Shown here: positions 49,414-62,409 of the stretch, piece by piece
Layout: every line of letters starts with the position of its first letter
Position numbering within the stretch: position 1 is the first letter of the stretch
Assembly: GCA_963733055.1 (NCBI GenBank)
Contig: CAVTBR010000001.1
Span: 1,472,001 to 1,536,000 of the forward strand
Reading direction: 5' to 3'
Source of the DNA: Candidatus Bathyarchaeota archaeon
GTDB taxonomy: Archaea; Thermoproteota; Bathyarchaeia; 40CM-2-53-6
Length of the DNA: 64,000 nt
Notes under the pieces: generated by a model
Databases searched by the model: none
What the model saw: the letters and a program-made list of their open reading frames with translations, nothing else
What the model was told of the DNA's origin: nothing
Position numbers and translations under genes: made by a program

Positions 49414-50685
49414 TCAAGCGAGGTGCCCATCATCCACGACAACCCTTCCATTCTTGATGACCGTCTCAACCATGTTCCCTCCCAAACGATACCCCAAGAA
49501 TCGATAATCCTTGGCATCGAGAATCGTGAGGTCTGCCCTCTTACCCGCCTCGATACTTCCGATCTCTTTCGCTTCTTGGATTGAATGCGCTGCGTTGATT
49601 GTTGCCGCGATAATTGCCTCGGCGGGTGTCATCTTCAACTTGTAGCAAGCCAACGCTATAACCAACTGCTCATCCTCAACCCAACAGCTTGGGCTCAGGT
49701 CGCTCCCAAGCGCGACGGGCACACCGTGCGCTATGAATTTCCGCGCATCCGCATACCTATCAAGCATTAGCGTTAACGGCGCGGCCGGTAGCAGTGTCGC
49801 TATGACGCCCGCTTGCTTCATCCGGTCAACCCCCAAATCCGAGGCGAACAGAAGATGATCCGCTGAAACCGCTCCCACCTCCGCGGCCAGCTCAGCGCCC
49901 CCCAACGAGTACAATTCGTCCGCGTGAACCCTCGGCATCAGCCCTAGTCGCTTACCGGCAAGAAGAAGTCGCCGTGACTCGTCAATCTCGAACACGCCTT
50001 TTTCGCAGAACACGTCACAGAAACGTGCCAAGTGCCGTTCAGATATTTTCGGCAACCAATCGGCAATGATCAGGTCGATGTAGTCATCAGCCCTCCGATC
50101 AAATTCTGGGGGTATCGCGTGTGCTCCTAGAAATGTCGGGATTAGCGTGAGAGGTCCTTCGTCGTTTAGGGAGTTTATGACTTCAAGCGATTTGATTTCG
50201 TCTTGGAGTGATAAGCCGTAGCCGCTTTTCGCTTCAATCGTCGTTGTCCCATGTACGAGCAAACTCTTGGCTCGCTCCCTGCATGTTTGAAGCAGCCCTT
50301 CCTTGCTCGCTGCGCGTGTATCGCGAACCGTTCTGAGAATTCCGCCACCCTTCGCCAGGATTTCGAGGTAGCTCGCCCCTTTGATCTTCTGCTCCAATTC
50401 TGACTCGCGAGAGCCTGCGAAAACGAAGTGAGTGTGCGCGTCTATGAAACCTGGAGTTACAACCTTGCCGGCGGCATCTATCCTCTCACTTGCCACATAT
50501 TTGCTGAGCATTTCATCGGTTTTTGAGGCTGCTACGATTCTTCCATCTTGAATGGCGACGGCGCCATCACTTATGATTCCCAGCTCCTCCATCTCGGGGC
50601 CCTTGGCCGGTTGTTGGGTGAATCCTTTGGCGGTGATCAGTTGGTGAGCGTGTTCAACGATGAGGTCTACGTTGGTTTTTGACAA
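49414..50685 (-). CDS. hutI: Imidazolonepropionase
   Basis: DAHTH, EAKSGYGL, FLGAHA, DVFCE, HADEL, SADHL; adjacent to hutU. Confidence 0.95.
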   Translation of the reverse strand: MSKTNVDLIVEHAHQLITAKGFTQQPAKGPEMEELGIISDGAVAIQDGRIVAASKTDEMLSKYVASERIDAAGKVVTPGFIDAHTHFVFAGSRESELEQKIKGASYLEILAKGGGILRTVRDTRAASKEGLLQTCRERAKSLLVHGTTTIEAKSGYGLSLQDEIKSLEVINSLNDEGPLTLIPTFLGAHAIPPEFDRRADDYIDLIIADWLPKISERHLARFCDVFCEKGVFEIDESRRLLLAGKRLGLMPRVHADELYSLGGAELAAEVGAVSADHLLFASDLGVDRMKQAGVIATLLPAAPLTLMLDRYADARKFIAHGVPVALGSDLSPSCWVEDEQLVIALACYKLKMTPAEAIIAATINAAHSIQEAKEIGSIEAGKRADLTILDAKDYRFLGYRLGGNMVETVIKNGRVVVDDGHLA

Positions 50686-50991
50686 AGGGGACCGGTTTTC
50701 TTTTTGCGGCTTCCGCAGCTATAATATGCGCCTTCGGATGAACGGGTTGGAACGTATTCTCAATTCTTTACCGTCGGCATGCTTATATTAACGCCGAAGC
50801 CTAAGCAATAATTTGTCAACTCGTCCGTCCGACGCGTTGGCTTCCCGCGATTACCCGGCGGCGGCGTCAACTTGACTTGTAGGGCTTTGGCCCTTGGATG
50901 ACATGTTGACCTCCAATTGCGGGAACAATGATGAAGGCCTGAACAAACTTGGGGCTGTCCTCACGGCACCCATGAAAATTTAGGTCCAAGA

Positions 50992-51034
50992 TAGGCTTAC
51001 AGTCAAAACACTCTGCAAAATTCCAGTCCGTTCA
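50992..51034 (+). other. 16S pre-rRNA processing stem, 5' arm (BHB with 52658-52698)
   Basis: ACTC-TGCA-AAA-TTCCAGTCCG pairs with CGGACTGGAA-TGCA-AAT-GAGT. Confidence 0.8.
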
Positions 51035-51095
51035 ATTTCCTTAAACGGTCGTAAATCCGAAACGAATCGTCCTAACTGCAAGGTTTAGCTTGCTA

Positions 51096-52647
<1,552 letters not shown>

Positions 52648-52796
52648 TAGAAAACTATGAGCGGACTGGAATGCAAATGAGTAACGACTGTAAGCCTAAC
52701 CGAACGATAATGCGGCTGCTGAGCTTCGCTCAGTGGCTAAGGGTGTAGTGGTCATTCGCTAGAGTGATCATGATGAACACCGTGCATAGGCCTCTA

Positions 52797-52820
52797 ACGT
52801 TAGACGAATGTGGGTTCCAT
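52797..52820 (+). other. 23S pre-rRNA processing stem, 5' arm (BHB with ~56187-56210)
   Basis: CGTTA-GACG-AAT-GTGGGTTCCAT pairs with ATGGAATCCAC-CGTC-TGA-TAACG. Confidence 0.75.
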
Positions 52821-52824
52821 AGTA

Positions 52825-55800
52825 AGTTCGACATGATAAGCCACCTGAAGAATGGCTTGGCTTGGGCACTGAAGAAGGGCGTGGCAAGCTGCGATATGCT
52901 CCGGGTAGCCGCATGCAGGCTTCGATCCGGAGATACCCGAATAGGACTTCCTGCCGCGGGCGATACCTGCGGCGCTCCGACAAGGAGCGGGAACCTCCCG
53001 AACGGAAGCATCCAAGTAGGGAGAGGAAGAGATACCAATTGGTATTCCCTTAGTAGCAGCGAGCGAAGAGGGAAGAGCTCAAACTGAACCTGCATAGGAA
53101 ACTATGCGGGGTTGTGGGGTTATAGGGCCCGACCGCGCCCTAACCAGAGAAGTTGAAGTGGCCTGGAACGGCCCACCGAAGAGGGTGAAAGTCCCGTAGA
53201 CGCAATCTGGAAGGGTTTGGGTTGGGATCCCTGAGTACTACGCCCCGGATTGGGCGTAGGAAGTTGGGAGGAAACAACTTCCAAAGCTAAACATGTCCCA
53301 AGACCGATAGCGCACTAGTACCGCGAGGGAAAGCTGAAAAGTACCCCGGAAGGGGGGCGAAAAGAGCCTGAAATCAGGTGGTCACAGTCAGTGCACGGCC
53401 CGAAAGGGTAGATCCCCTCCGAAGGAAACTGCGGCAACGCGGCTGTACGAGGAGGGGGGACCAGGGTCGTGCGTTCCGTTTTGTACCACGGGCCGGGGAG
53501 TTCATTCTTGTGGTGAGGCTAAGAGTTTGAAGCTCGAAGCCGCAGGGAAACCAACAAGTTCGCAACGTCGCAAGACGCGAGGAACGAGATCTGAAAGGGT
53601 CTGAAATCACAGGGATGAAACTCGAAACCGAGTGATCTAGCCTTGGGCAGGGCGAAGCCGGGCGAAAGCCCGGTGGAGGTCCGAATGGGTGATGACGTGC
53701 AACTCTCTCCAATGACCTGGGGCTAGGAGTAAAAGGCCAATCTAACTCGGTGATAGCTAGTTCCCGCCGAAATATCTCTCAGGATAGCCTGGCTGGAGGT
53801 GGCTAACGGGGTAGAGTACTGATTGAAAAACAAGGACTCGAAAGGGTCCACTTTTCATTCAAACTCCGAATCCGTTAGCGCCGTAGAAGGCTGGAGACGG
53901 ATGTAGGGCGTAAGGTCCTATGTCGCGAGGGGAACAACCCAGACTAGGGTTAAGGTCCCAAAATCCTGGCTAAGTGTAGAAATAGAAAGCGGTCCTCAAC
54001 CACAGACAGCTGGAAGGTAGGCTTAGAAGCAGCCATCCTCCAAGCAGTGCGTAACAGCTGACCAGCCGAGGTTGGGGGCGCTGAAAACGAACGGGGCTAA
54101 GCCAGGTACCGTTACCCTAGAACACGGTGCATAATCGTGTTGGTAGGCGGGCGTTGTGTCTGGGCGGAAGCTGGGTTTTGAGATCCAGTGGACCGGTCAC
54201 AAGTGTAGATCCCGGTGGTAGTAACAGCCATAGAGGGGTGAGAATCCCCTCCGTCGAAGGGGCAAGGGTTCCCCGGCAATGCGTCGTCAGCCGGGGGTAA
54301 GTCGGTCCTAAGGCTACCCTTAGCCGGATAAGCCGAAAGGGAAACCGGTTAAAATTCCGGTACCACGGAGATACGTGCGGCAACGCAAGTTCATGATCTG
54401 ACGTTCAGGGATAGGTCGAGTGGGGCCGTCGCCCCATTTAACCCGTTAAGACCGGGGAGTACCGTAATGGTGAGAACCGGTCGAAGCGGGGAATAGCCGC
54501 CCGTCTTAGGGTGGTTCAGCTGATTCCTCGAGCCACTGAAAAGGAGCATGAAATGGATTCTCCGTGCCCGTACCTAGATCCGACACAGGTGCCCCTAGGT
54601 GAGAAGCCTTAGACGTATCGGGTTGAACTTAGGCGAGGGAACTCGGCAAATTAGCCCCGTAACTTCGGAAAAAGGGGTGCCTGAAGTTTTGGCGCAAGCT
54701 GGAACATCAGGTCGCAGTGACTCGGGTGAAGCGACTGTTTAATAAAAACATAGGGAACCGCCAGCGCGAAAGCGTGTGAACGGTTCCTGAGTCCTGGCCA
54801 GTGGCGGTATCTGAAATTTGGGTTCAACCAAACCAAGGACCGCTAAACGCCGGGAGTAACTCTGACTCTCTTAAGGTGAACATGGTTTGCCTTAACCCAA
54901 TCCGGCCAAATGCTGGAACACCTGAGAATGTCACGCTACCCCAACAAAACCTTCAAGGAAAATAAGGAAACTTGGAGGAAGAGTTGGAGTGACAAAGCGT
55001 TGACTGCAGGCAATCAGCAGGAAAGACTGGAATGAAATATTCCAGAATCCTCAGAGACTTTACGCCGGAAATCGCAGATCAGCGATTAAGATAAAGTCCG
55101 ACCCCTTCAGCGATGTAGGGAGGCTTGCAATTTGCAGGTCCGCCTCGAATTTTCTTGCGAGGTCAAATCAAAGTAACAGATGTGAGCCAAATGCCTTGTC
55201 GGGTAAGTTCCGACGTGCATGAATGGATTAACGACTTCACCGCTGTCCCCGCCTAGGGCCCGGTGAACCCACAACCTGGACGAACAGTCCAAGGTCTTCC
55301 AGCGGGGCGAGAAGTCCCCGTGGAGTTTTACTGCAACCTGTCGCTGGGATGTGATTGCGGGTACAGAGCGTAGGTGGGAGCCTTCGAAGTCAACTCTTTG
55401 GGGTTGATGGAGGCGCCAATGTAACACCACCTATCTGCGGTCGCATCTCTAACTGTACCTTGACGTACAGAACAACGGCTGGCGGGCAGTTCGGCTGGGG
55501 CGGCACCCCCTTGAAAAAATATCAAGGGGGCCCAAAGCTTGGCTCATCCCGGACAGAAACCGGGAGTAGAGGGCAAGACCAAAAGCCAGGCTGACTGGAT
55601 GCTCATCAGCAAGGCATCCAGACGCGAAAGCGGGGTCTAGCGATCATTCATGTCCCCATTGTTGGGGGCTGGATGTGACAGAAAAATTACCCCGGGAGTA
55701 ATTGGCTCGTCTCCTCTGAGAGTCCCCATCGACGAGGAGGATTGGTTCTCCGCCGTCGTCCCTTCCCATCCTGGGCCCGCAGCAGGGTCCAAGGGCGCGG

Positions 55801-56182
55801 CTGTTCGCCGATTAAAGGGGAATGCGAGATGGGTTTAGACCGTCGCGAGACAGGTCGGCCTCTACCTGCTGGAAGTGCTGGTTGCCTGAGGGGAAGGCGC
55901 CCCTAGTACGAGAGGAACGGGGTATCGCAGCCTCTAGTTTACCGGTTGTCCGACAGGGCACTGCCGGGCAGCCACGCTGTCGAGGATAAGGGCTGAAAGC
56001 ATCTAAGCCCGAAGCCTCTCCCGAAAAAAGGCAGCCATTCTAACCCACGACACTCGGTAACGGGCGTCAGGGTTGGACGAGGGCTCCCAAAGAAGATGGG
56101 TTTGATGGAGCAGGCGTGTACGCACGAAGACTTCGGTCGACGTGTTTAGCGCGCTGCCCCCAATCGCTCAAGGTGTTGAATT
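52825..56182 (+). rRNA. rrl: 23S rRNA (contains a group I intron); ends approximate
   Basis: Conserved LSU motifs including sarcin-ricin loop AGTACGAGAGGAAC; terminal helix AGTTCGACAT/GTGTTGAATT. Confidence 0.97.
54878..55184 (+). ncRNA. Group I intron at L1931 with no homing endonuclease
   Basis: Inserted in CTTAAGGT^AGCCAAATG; ends in G; P AAATGCTGGAA, Q AATCAGCAGG, R TCAGAGACTTTAC, S AAGATAAAGTCC. Confidence 0.92.
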
Positions 56183-56370
56183 GAAAATGGAATCCACCGT
56201 CTGATAACGCAAAACGGAGGCCTATGCACGGTGCGAACCTAACACCACACCACCACCGTGCCACAGTTACATTGACTCAGCGGAGCGTCCGCGGCTACTC
56301 CGAATCAAGATTGAGGTTGTACGCGTGGCTTAAGTACTACTATTTACCTGAGTTGTACCTGGTCACCCCA

Positions 56371-56607
56371 TTGGCAGAGGAGACGGTTCTGGTCACAAGG
56401 AAGGGCCAAGTCACGATTCCAGTTGAGCATAGAAAGAAATTCGGAATCAGGGAAGGCATGCGTGTCGCAGTCAAGGATACGGGCGATGGGATACTGATCA
56501 GACCAATTACCCCACTCGAAGACTTGGCTGGAATTGACGCGGGGAAAATGGCCATAACCGAAATGCGCAAGAAACTTGACGCGATGAGGGCTCACGACCG
56601 GTACTGA
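56371..56607 (+). CDS. AbrB/MazE family antitoxin
   Basis: VTRKGQVTIPVEHRKKFGIREG. Confidence 0.85.
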   Translation: MAEETVLVTRKGQVTIPVEHRKKFGIREGMRVAVKDTGDGILIRPITPLEDLAGIDAGKMAITEMRKKLDAMRAHDRY

Positions 56608-56609
56608 AT

Positions 56610-57008
56610 ATGACACGAACAATCGACACACGCTTCTTTCTTACACATTACATTGCTGATACAGTTGAACTGAAAGCCAAGACCTCTCGCCGACTTGTAG
56701 AACTCCAACGGGAAGCCGCGATAGTACCCACTATCGTCCTTCACGAGATTTACAAATTCATGCACGACAACGTCGGCAGAGACGTTGCACAGCTTCGCGT
56801 CGACTCCGTACTGAACTCAAATTTCGAAATTGTCGACCTTACTCCGAAAATTGCTATTACCTCGGCAGCGTTGAGGTGCAGGTACAGACATCTCCCAACG
56901 GCCGATTCAATAGTTGCAGCAACCAGCATAGAAACCAAATCCCGTACGGTGCTTTCCGACGACCCACATTTCGAACAAATTCACGAAGTAAGACGTGAAT
57001 GGCTCTAA
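56610..57008 (+). CDS. PIN-domain (VapC) toxin
   Basis: IDTRF, IVLHE, ADSIV, SDDPHF. Confidence 0.88.
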   Translation: MTRTIDTRFFLTHYIADTVELKAKTSRRLVELQREAAIVPTIVLHEIYKFMHDNVGRDVAQLRVDSVLNSNFEIVDLTPKIAITSAALRCRYRHLPTADSIVAATSIETKSRTVLSDDPHFEQIHEVRREWL

Positions 57009-57091
57009 CGCCGACCATGCGAGATAGCCTCGCGAAACAGAAGAGAGAAGAATAAAGAGTAAGACGGGCCTTTGCGGCTTGCTGTTGTGAC

Positions 57092-58351
57092 ATGCCCATA
57101 GTCACGTCTCCAATGTCTCTCATGTTGTTTGTGATTGTGCTCTCTTTCGTGGCGGCCATCATCAGTTCCAAGTTGGGGGCATCCTACACGACGGTAATAA
57201 TTGCTATCGGCCTTGTCCTCTCGCTCCTCAGGCTGGAAGTCGGGTTCGGTAGCATATCCATTGACAGTAATTTGATACTGGGAATTGTTGTTCCCCCATT
57301 GATATTTGAAGCGGCTATGCGAACCCGCTTTGAAATTTTCAGAACTGTTCAGAAGACGGTCATAGGGTTAGCGATATTTGGGGTTGTGATTTCCGCCTTC
57401 GTGAGCGCGTTTGTACTCAACATCACACTAGGACTGCCTCTGGCAGTTGCACTCCTGTTCGGCGTAATAGTTTCGCCCACTGACCCAGTGACCGTGGTGA
57501 GCGTTTTGAGGAGGGTTCACGCACCAGAGAGGCTGACGGCAATTCTGGAATCGGAAGCCTACCTTAACAACGCGACACCCGTCATCTTGTTTCCGATTGC
57601 TCTTTCCTTGTCCTTCAATGCTATGCGGAGCCTAACCCAGTTCGGCTTAATCTTGCTGGGAGGAATTGCCGTCGGTCTCCTTGTCTCAGGCATCGCCGAA
57701 TTGCTGCACAGATTAGTCACAGAGCCCTTGGCTGAAACTTCCTTCACGATAGCCGTCATGTATGGGTCCTACGCTCTTGCAGAGAGTTTGGGTGTGTCGG
57801 GGTTGATGGCAGTACCAATTGCCGGCTTGTACATGGGTAATCGTACGATGCGAACCGCCATGTCTGAAGAAACCCGTTTGACTATGACAAAGTTCTGGGA
57901 GGTGGTGACTTTTCTCGCTACGTCGTTCGCGTTTTTACTTATCGGGCTGAAGACAGACTTCAAACTGCTGGTCGCTTTCGCTCCGTTCATAATCGTGGCT
58001 TTTGTCGCTATACTCGTTGCCAGGATCGTTAGCGTCTATCCGATCCTTTGGTTGGCGCAGCTGCTCGGAGAGAAGATCCCGAATTCATGGAGGAAGCTAG
58101 TGGCCTTTGCCGGTCTGCGAGGGGCAGTCTCAGTTGCTCTGGTACTGTCGTTGCCCCTAAGCAGTTCAGGAGGCATCATAACGGCTATGGTATTCGGAGT
58201 CGCCCTCATCTCGCTGATTATCCAGGCAGAAATCTTACAAACCTACATCAAGAATGAATCTCTAAAGTTGAGCCTAGACACCACAGTAGACGGAGCGGCA
58301 CGAGAAACCGCCCTCCCCAAGGGGAACCTGATGTCGAAATCTTCAGCTTGA
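57092..58351 (+). CDS. Na+/H+ antiporter, CPA1 (NhaP-like)
   Basis: PPLIFEAA, SPTDPV, ESEAYLNN, GLRGAVS. Confidence 0.9.
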   Translation: MPIVTSPMSLMLFVIVLSFVAAIISSKLGASYTTVIIAIGLVLSLLRLEVGFGSISIDSNLILGIVVPPLIFEAAMRTRFEIFRTVQKTVIGLAIFGVVISAFVSAFVLNITLGLPLAVALLFGVIVSPTDPVTVVSVLRRVHAPERLTAILESEAYLNNATPVILFPIALSLSFNAMRSLTQFGLILLGGIAVGLLVSGIAELLHRLVTEPLAETSFTIAVMYGSYALAESLGVSGLMAVPIAGLYMGNRTMRTAMSEETRLTMTKFWEVVTFLATSFAFLLIGLKTDFKLLVAFAPFIIVAFVAILVARIVSVYPILWLAQLLGEKIPNSWRKLVAFAGLRGAVSVALVLSLPLSSSGGIITAMVFGVALISLIIQAEILQTYIKNESLKLSLDTTVDGAARETALPKGNLMSKSSA

Positions 58352-58606
58352 AACTTGCTCTCTTTCGCTATCCACTTGCTTGACCATGCCCTTCGCTGTC
58401 AAGCTGTACGTGTGAGGCGCTATGAAGTCCCTATCAAGGAGGTAGCGAATCGCGTCTTGAATCATATTGTGCGAACACTGGGCTTCGAACGTTTTGTACA
58501 GAGATGTTGCGGAAATCTCTGCCGCACCCTTGCTCTTGGCTGTTTCCCGAAATACATCTAAGATTCGTGCCGCTATCTCCTTCACAGTTGCCAAATTACT
58601 ACCCAT
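58343..58606 (-). CDS. Small winged-helix-like protein
   Basis: IQDAIRYLLDRDFI..YSLTAKG. Confidence 0.5.
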   Translation of the reverse strand: MGSNLATVKEIAARILDVFRETAKSKGAAEISATSLYKTFEAQCSHNMIQDAIRYLLDRDFIAPHTYSLTAKGMVKQVDSEREQVSS

Positions 58607-58640
58607 CCGAACGTTCTTTCAATAAGGAACGATCGGGTAT

Positions 58641-59208
58641 TTACGAAATTGGCTTGCCGCAGTGCGAGCAGAATTCTTCGCTCGCCTGGGCGGGAGCTCC
58701 ACAATTTGAGCAGAATCGAGTTGCTGTAGCCGGGATGGTTGTTCCGGTTGCGGGAATGCTCTCTGGCGGGGTCTTCTGCTCGCCGAAGAAAGCCCGAACG
58801 TTGGGTCTGAAGAGGTAGTAAATGATTATCGCGTCAAGAGCCAATACCACGATCGCACCAACGTCGGCCTCTTGCAAGCGAGATCAGAGAAATAATGAGA
58901 CCCAACGCGGCCACTACCAGCGACAGAATCCAGGCCCATCCCTTACCCGTCCACAACCCCCACGCCAATACCAACGAAACCAACCCGATGACCACAACGA
59001 CGACACCAATCAGAGATACGACTCCATTCAGGAATCGAGGAAGACCGAACAGGCCTCTACCGATGAACGCGCCGAGGACAACCAGTACAATGCCACCGAG
59101 GAAAAAGACGACTGCCTGAAGGATGTGAAGCACAGCAAGGAGTGTAACCCCGAGAGGGCGTGTACGAGTGTTCATTTCAGAATCGGATTCGGCAGTGACT
59201 CGCGGCAT
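58641..59208 (-). pseudogene. Membrane protein with C-terminal zinc ribbon, frameshifted at ~58867
   Basis: RPLGVTLLA...WGLWTGKGWAW...ARG/DVGAIV...YYLFRPNVRAFF...CSNCG..CSHCG. Confidence 0.75.
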
Positions 59209-59281
59209 AAATAAACATTGAACACAATCATCATGGATCAGGAAAATCGATCGGCGGTTTTATCCTCTTGCTCGATCAAAC

Positions 59282-60427
59282 ATGTCGCCAGATGTGACTC
59301 ACTTGTCGGACGATGTAATCTCGCTTCTTGCAGACCTAGTGAGGATTCCAAGCGTATGTGGAGAAGAAGGTAAAATCGCGGAATTCATTGCGAATTGGCT
59401 TACGGAAAATGGACTACCTTCCGAGATTCTTCAAGTAAAGCCAGGTAGACCCAACGTGCTTAGCAGAGTAAAGGCCGAGCGGGAAGGGCCTTGCCTGATG
59501 CTCAACGGCCACATGGACACAGTTGCACCCGGCATCGGATGGGAACATGATCCGTTCGGTGCAGAAATCGAGAGTGGCCGAATGTATGGTCGCGGCACAG
59601 TTGACATGAAGTCGGGCTTGGCCTCCATGCTCTCCGCAGTGGCAGAGTGCAATCGTGAAGGCTTACCGAAGAAGGGGGAAGTAATCTTGGCTGCCGTCGT
59701 GGATGAAGAGGCGTTCGATTTGGGGTCCTATGCGCTGGTTCAGAGGGGTATAACGAAAGGCGTAGATTTGGCGATGGTCTCCGAAGCAAGCGACCTCAAT
59801 GTTGTTACCGCACATCGCGGTAGAACTGTAATGCAAGTGGTAATTCATGGCAAACCCGCCCACTCAATGTGGCCCAGACATGGCGTCAGCGCAATAGCCG
59901 GCGGAGCAACCATCGTCAACGCCATATCAGAACTCAGTAGCCCTACTCATCCAAAGATGGGACATTCAACCGTCAACGTCTTGAAGATTGAGGGAGGGCA
60001 GGAGGAAGTGATGCTCGTGCCAGACCGCTGCAGAATTGTAATTGATCGATGCCTAGTCCCAGGTCACAATTCAAAAGACGCCCTTGAAGATCTCAACACG
60101 ATGATCAAAAAACTCGGAATAGATGCTGAAGCGACTTTCATTGACCGCGAGACTCCATTCTGCGAACCCTTCGAGATACCGAACGACAACAAGTATGTAC
60201 AGTTGGTCGTTGGCGCCGCAGCCAGAGTTCTTGGAAAAACGCCGGAAATAGATTTCCACGAAGGTCCCTGCGACTCATGCATTCTGGTAAACCAAGGAAA
60301 AGTGCCGACTTTGGAGTTCGGGCCATCAGGCGGACGGCTGCATGAATCCGACGAATTCGTTAACCTTGAATCTGTAAGAAAAACCACCAAGGTCTACAAG
60401 GAAGTCATCAGGACACTGCTCTCTTGA
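59282..60427 (+). CDS. M20 family metallopeptidase (ArgE/DapE-like)
   Basis: NGHMDTV, GRGTVDMKSG, DEE, HESDEFV. Confidence 0.9.
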   Translation: MSPDVTHLSDDVISLLADLVRIPSVCGEEGKIAEFIANWLTENGLPSEILQVKPGRPNVLSRVKAEREGPCLMLNGHMDTVAPGIGWEHDPFGAEIESGRMYGRGTVDMKSGLASMLSAVAECNREGLPKKGEVILAAVVDEEAFDLGSYALVQRGITKGVDLAMVSEASDLNVVTAHRGRTVMQVVIHGKPAHSMWPRHGVSAIAGGATIVNAISELSSPTHPKMGHSTVNVLKIEGGQEEVMLVPDRCRIVIDRCLVPGHNSKDALEDLNTMIKKLGIDAEATFIDRETPFCEPFEIPNDNKYVQLVVGAAARVLGKTPEIDFHEGPCDSCILVNQGKVPTLEFGPSGGRLHESDEFVNLESVRKTTKVYKEVIRTLLS

Positions 60428-60464
60428 ACCGGCATAACTCGACCACCGTTAACGGGTAGAACCC

Positions 60465-61463
60465 TTAGGAGTCGAGGTCGAATCGAGTTCCGACACCTAA
60501 CCTGCAGGCTTTCTTGAACACAACCGCCGCGACGGCGGCGTCCTGGATTCCTAAGCCCACTGCCTTGAAAAGTGTCTTTTCCTCCTGTGATGTTCGGCCT
60601 GCTTTCTTTCCCGATACTATCTCTCCGAGTTGTGCCCAAATGTTCTCGCGCTGAATTACCCCTTCTTTCATGGGGATGATTATGTCCCCCGCTTCCGCTA
60701 GGGCTGCGTCCAGGGAATCAACCACGATCTTGGAGCTGGCAATTGTCTCGCTGTCGACTTCTCGTGATGAAGGCGTGAAAGCTCCAATCGCGTTGACATG
60801 CGTCCCAGGCCCTATGCTGTGGCCATTGAAGACAGGTGTTGCAGAGGTTGTGGCCGTGACGATGATATCGGATCCTTGAACAACTTCTTCCGGAGTGTTT
60901 GCGGCAGAGGCGCTAATGTCGCCTTGGGCAGTTGCTTCTGTGATGAATTCTCTCATCACCTCATTTCTCGTATCGAACACCAACACGGATTGGATCTCTC
61001 TAACTTCCTTGATGGCTTGAAATTGTTTCCTGGCTTGAACTCCCGCTCCAAAAATGCCCAGTCTATGTGCGTTACTGCGGGCAAGGTATTTCGTTGCGAC
61101 TCCTGAGACTGCTCCAGTTCTCATCGCTGTAATCTGTGAACCTTCCATTACTGCCTCTACCCGACCGGTCTCTACATCGTTTAGAACTACTGCGGCCAGC
61201 ACGTTTGGGATTCCGTATCTTGTGGCGTTGTTTTGATAGACGGTAACTATTTTCGATGTCAACGATCCGGCTTTTGCGAGGTATGCGGGCATAACTCCTA
61301 GCCAACCTTGCTTTTCTGATATCGACATGCTGAGTCTTGTCGGCACCGTGGCGGTTCCCAGAGCAAGTTCCCTGAACGCTTTTTCAACCGCCTCAATGCT
61401 CTCGGCCATCGATAGCAGCGAGCTTACTTGGCTCTTGGAGAGGAGAAGAACCATCGCTTGCAT
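60465..61463 (-). CDS. Ornithine cyclodeaminase/mu-crystallin family (alanine dehydrogenase-like)
   Basis: TAMRTGA, FGAGVQA, GTHVNAIGA, GLGIQDAA. Confidence 0.9.
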   Translation of the reverse strand: MQAMVLLLSKSQVSSLLSMAESIEAVEKAFRELALGTATVPTRLSMSISEKQGWLGVMPAYLAKAGSLTSKIVTVYQNNATRYGIPNVLAAVVLNDVETGRVEAVMEGSQITAMRTGAVSGVATKYLARSNAHRLGIFGAGVQARKQFQAIKEVREIQSVLVFDTRNEVMREFITEATAQGDISASAANTPEEVVQGSDIIVTATTSATPVFNGHSIGPGTHVNAIGAFTPSSREVDSETIASSKIVVDSLDAALAEAGDIIIPMKEGVIQRENIWAQLGEIVSGKKAGRTSQEEKTLFKAVGLGIQDAAVAAVVFKKACRLGVGTRFDLDS

Positions 61464-61507
61464 CTCTCAAGTGAGTAGACAGATTCGATTGGAGTGTTTT
61501 TAGTGGT

Positions 61508-62377
61508 TTACTCCATGAACTTTGACGGGCGTGGTTTCTTTTTCTTGCGTGAAAGGAGAACAACGGTAACGAGGGCGACGACTGCCGCGGCTAAAGTGAA
61601 TGTGAATGACGGTTGATTCCAGAAGTGATTTTGTGATAGACAATTATTGTTCGGTACCACGTTTTGAGGCGCTATCCCTGTTGCCTGTTTAATGGCAGGG
61701 TACCATTCAAGGTATGGAATCTGCGAGGGCAACGTTGCGGGTTCGTCGACCGAGAATTTGCATCCTTCTCCTAGAAGGTAGACGCCGTAAAGGTTGAGTG
61801 TTGACGGGTGCGAGAGTTCTCCGCCCGTGTAGGCGTCCTGCGACGGGGACATAAGGTCCGTAAGAATTTGTGTGTGATCCAAACCCAGTACATGTCCGAG
61901 CTCATGTTCCAACACCTGAACCAGATCATTAGGAGTTTGAAGCCTGCTTATGACTAACAATATTGTCTCATTCGAGATCGATCCAGATGTCGGTGTCTCA
62001 GTAATCCCCGACCAAATTTGGCCCGAGTCCGCGACGTAAACGATCGTAACTTGGGGGTTGGCGTTGTTCTTGCTATCTACAAGTGAGAATTCCGCATTGG
62101 TTTGATTTGGGAAGTATGTGTGAATAAACCAATCCTGTGCATTGTTCCAGTCAGCCATGGCTGTGTCGATTGCAGCTGGCGCCCAGGCGGGTGAAGAGGG
62201 AATACTAACGAGTATTTCATGTGTGCTCCAACTCACACCCAGCATCGGCTGAGAGTATGTTTGCGCTTGGACGACCGGTAACGTTGCGAAAATGAACACG
62301 AGTGCTAGAGCTTGGGCCTTCAACCGCTTCACTTCTGAGGCACAAGTGAAAGCGACCATGAAATAATGTCCAATCAC
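61508..62377 (-). CDS. Matrixin (M10)-like membrane-anchored metalloprotease
   Basis: HELGHVLGLDH plus Met-turn DLM; signal peptide and C-terminal TM. Confidence 0.85.
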   Translation of the reverse strand: MIGHYFMVAFTCASEVKRLKAQALALVFIFATLPVVQAQTYSQPMLGVSWSTHEILVSIPSSPAWAPAAIDTAMADWNNAQDWFIHTYFPNQTNAEFSLVDSKNNANPQVTIVYVADSGQIWSGITETPTSGSISNETILLVISRLQTPNDLVQVLEHELGHVLGLDHTQILTDLMSPSQDAYTGGELSHPSTLNLYGVYLLGEGCKFSVDEPATLPSQIPYLEWYPAIKQATGIAPQNVVPNNNCLSQNHFWNQPSFTFTLAAAVVALVTVVLLSRKKKKPRPSKFME

Positions 62378-62409
62378 TTGACCAACGGTTTGGCGGGAGC
62401 GACCTACTT

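Noticed and set aside
52648-52824. tRNA-Ala in the spacer or a 5S gene downstream
   Set aside because: No cloverleaf in the spacer (only processing stems and a short hairpin) and no 5S motif after the 23S gene.
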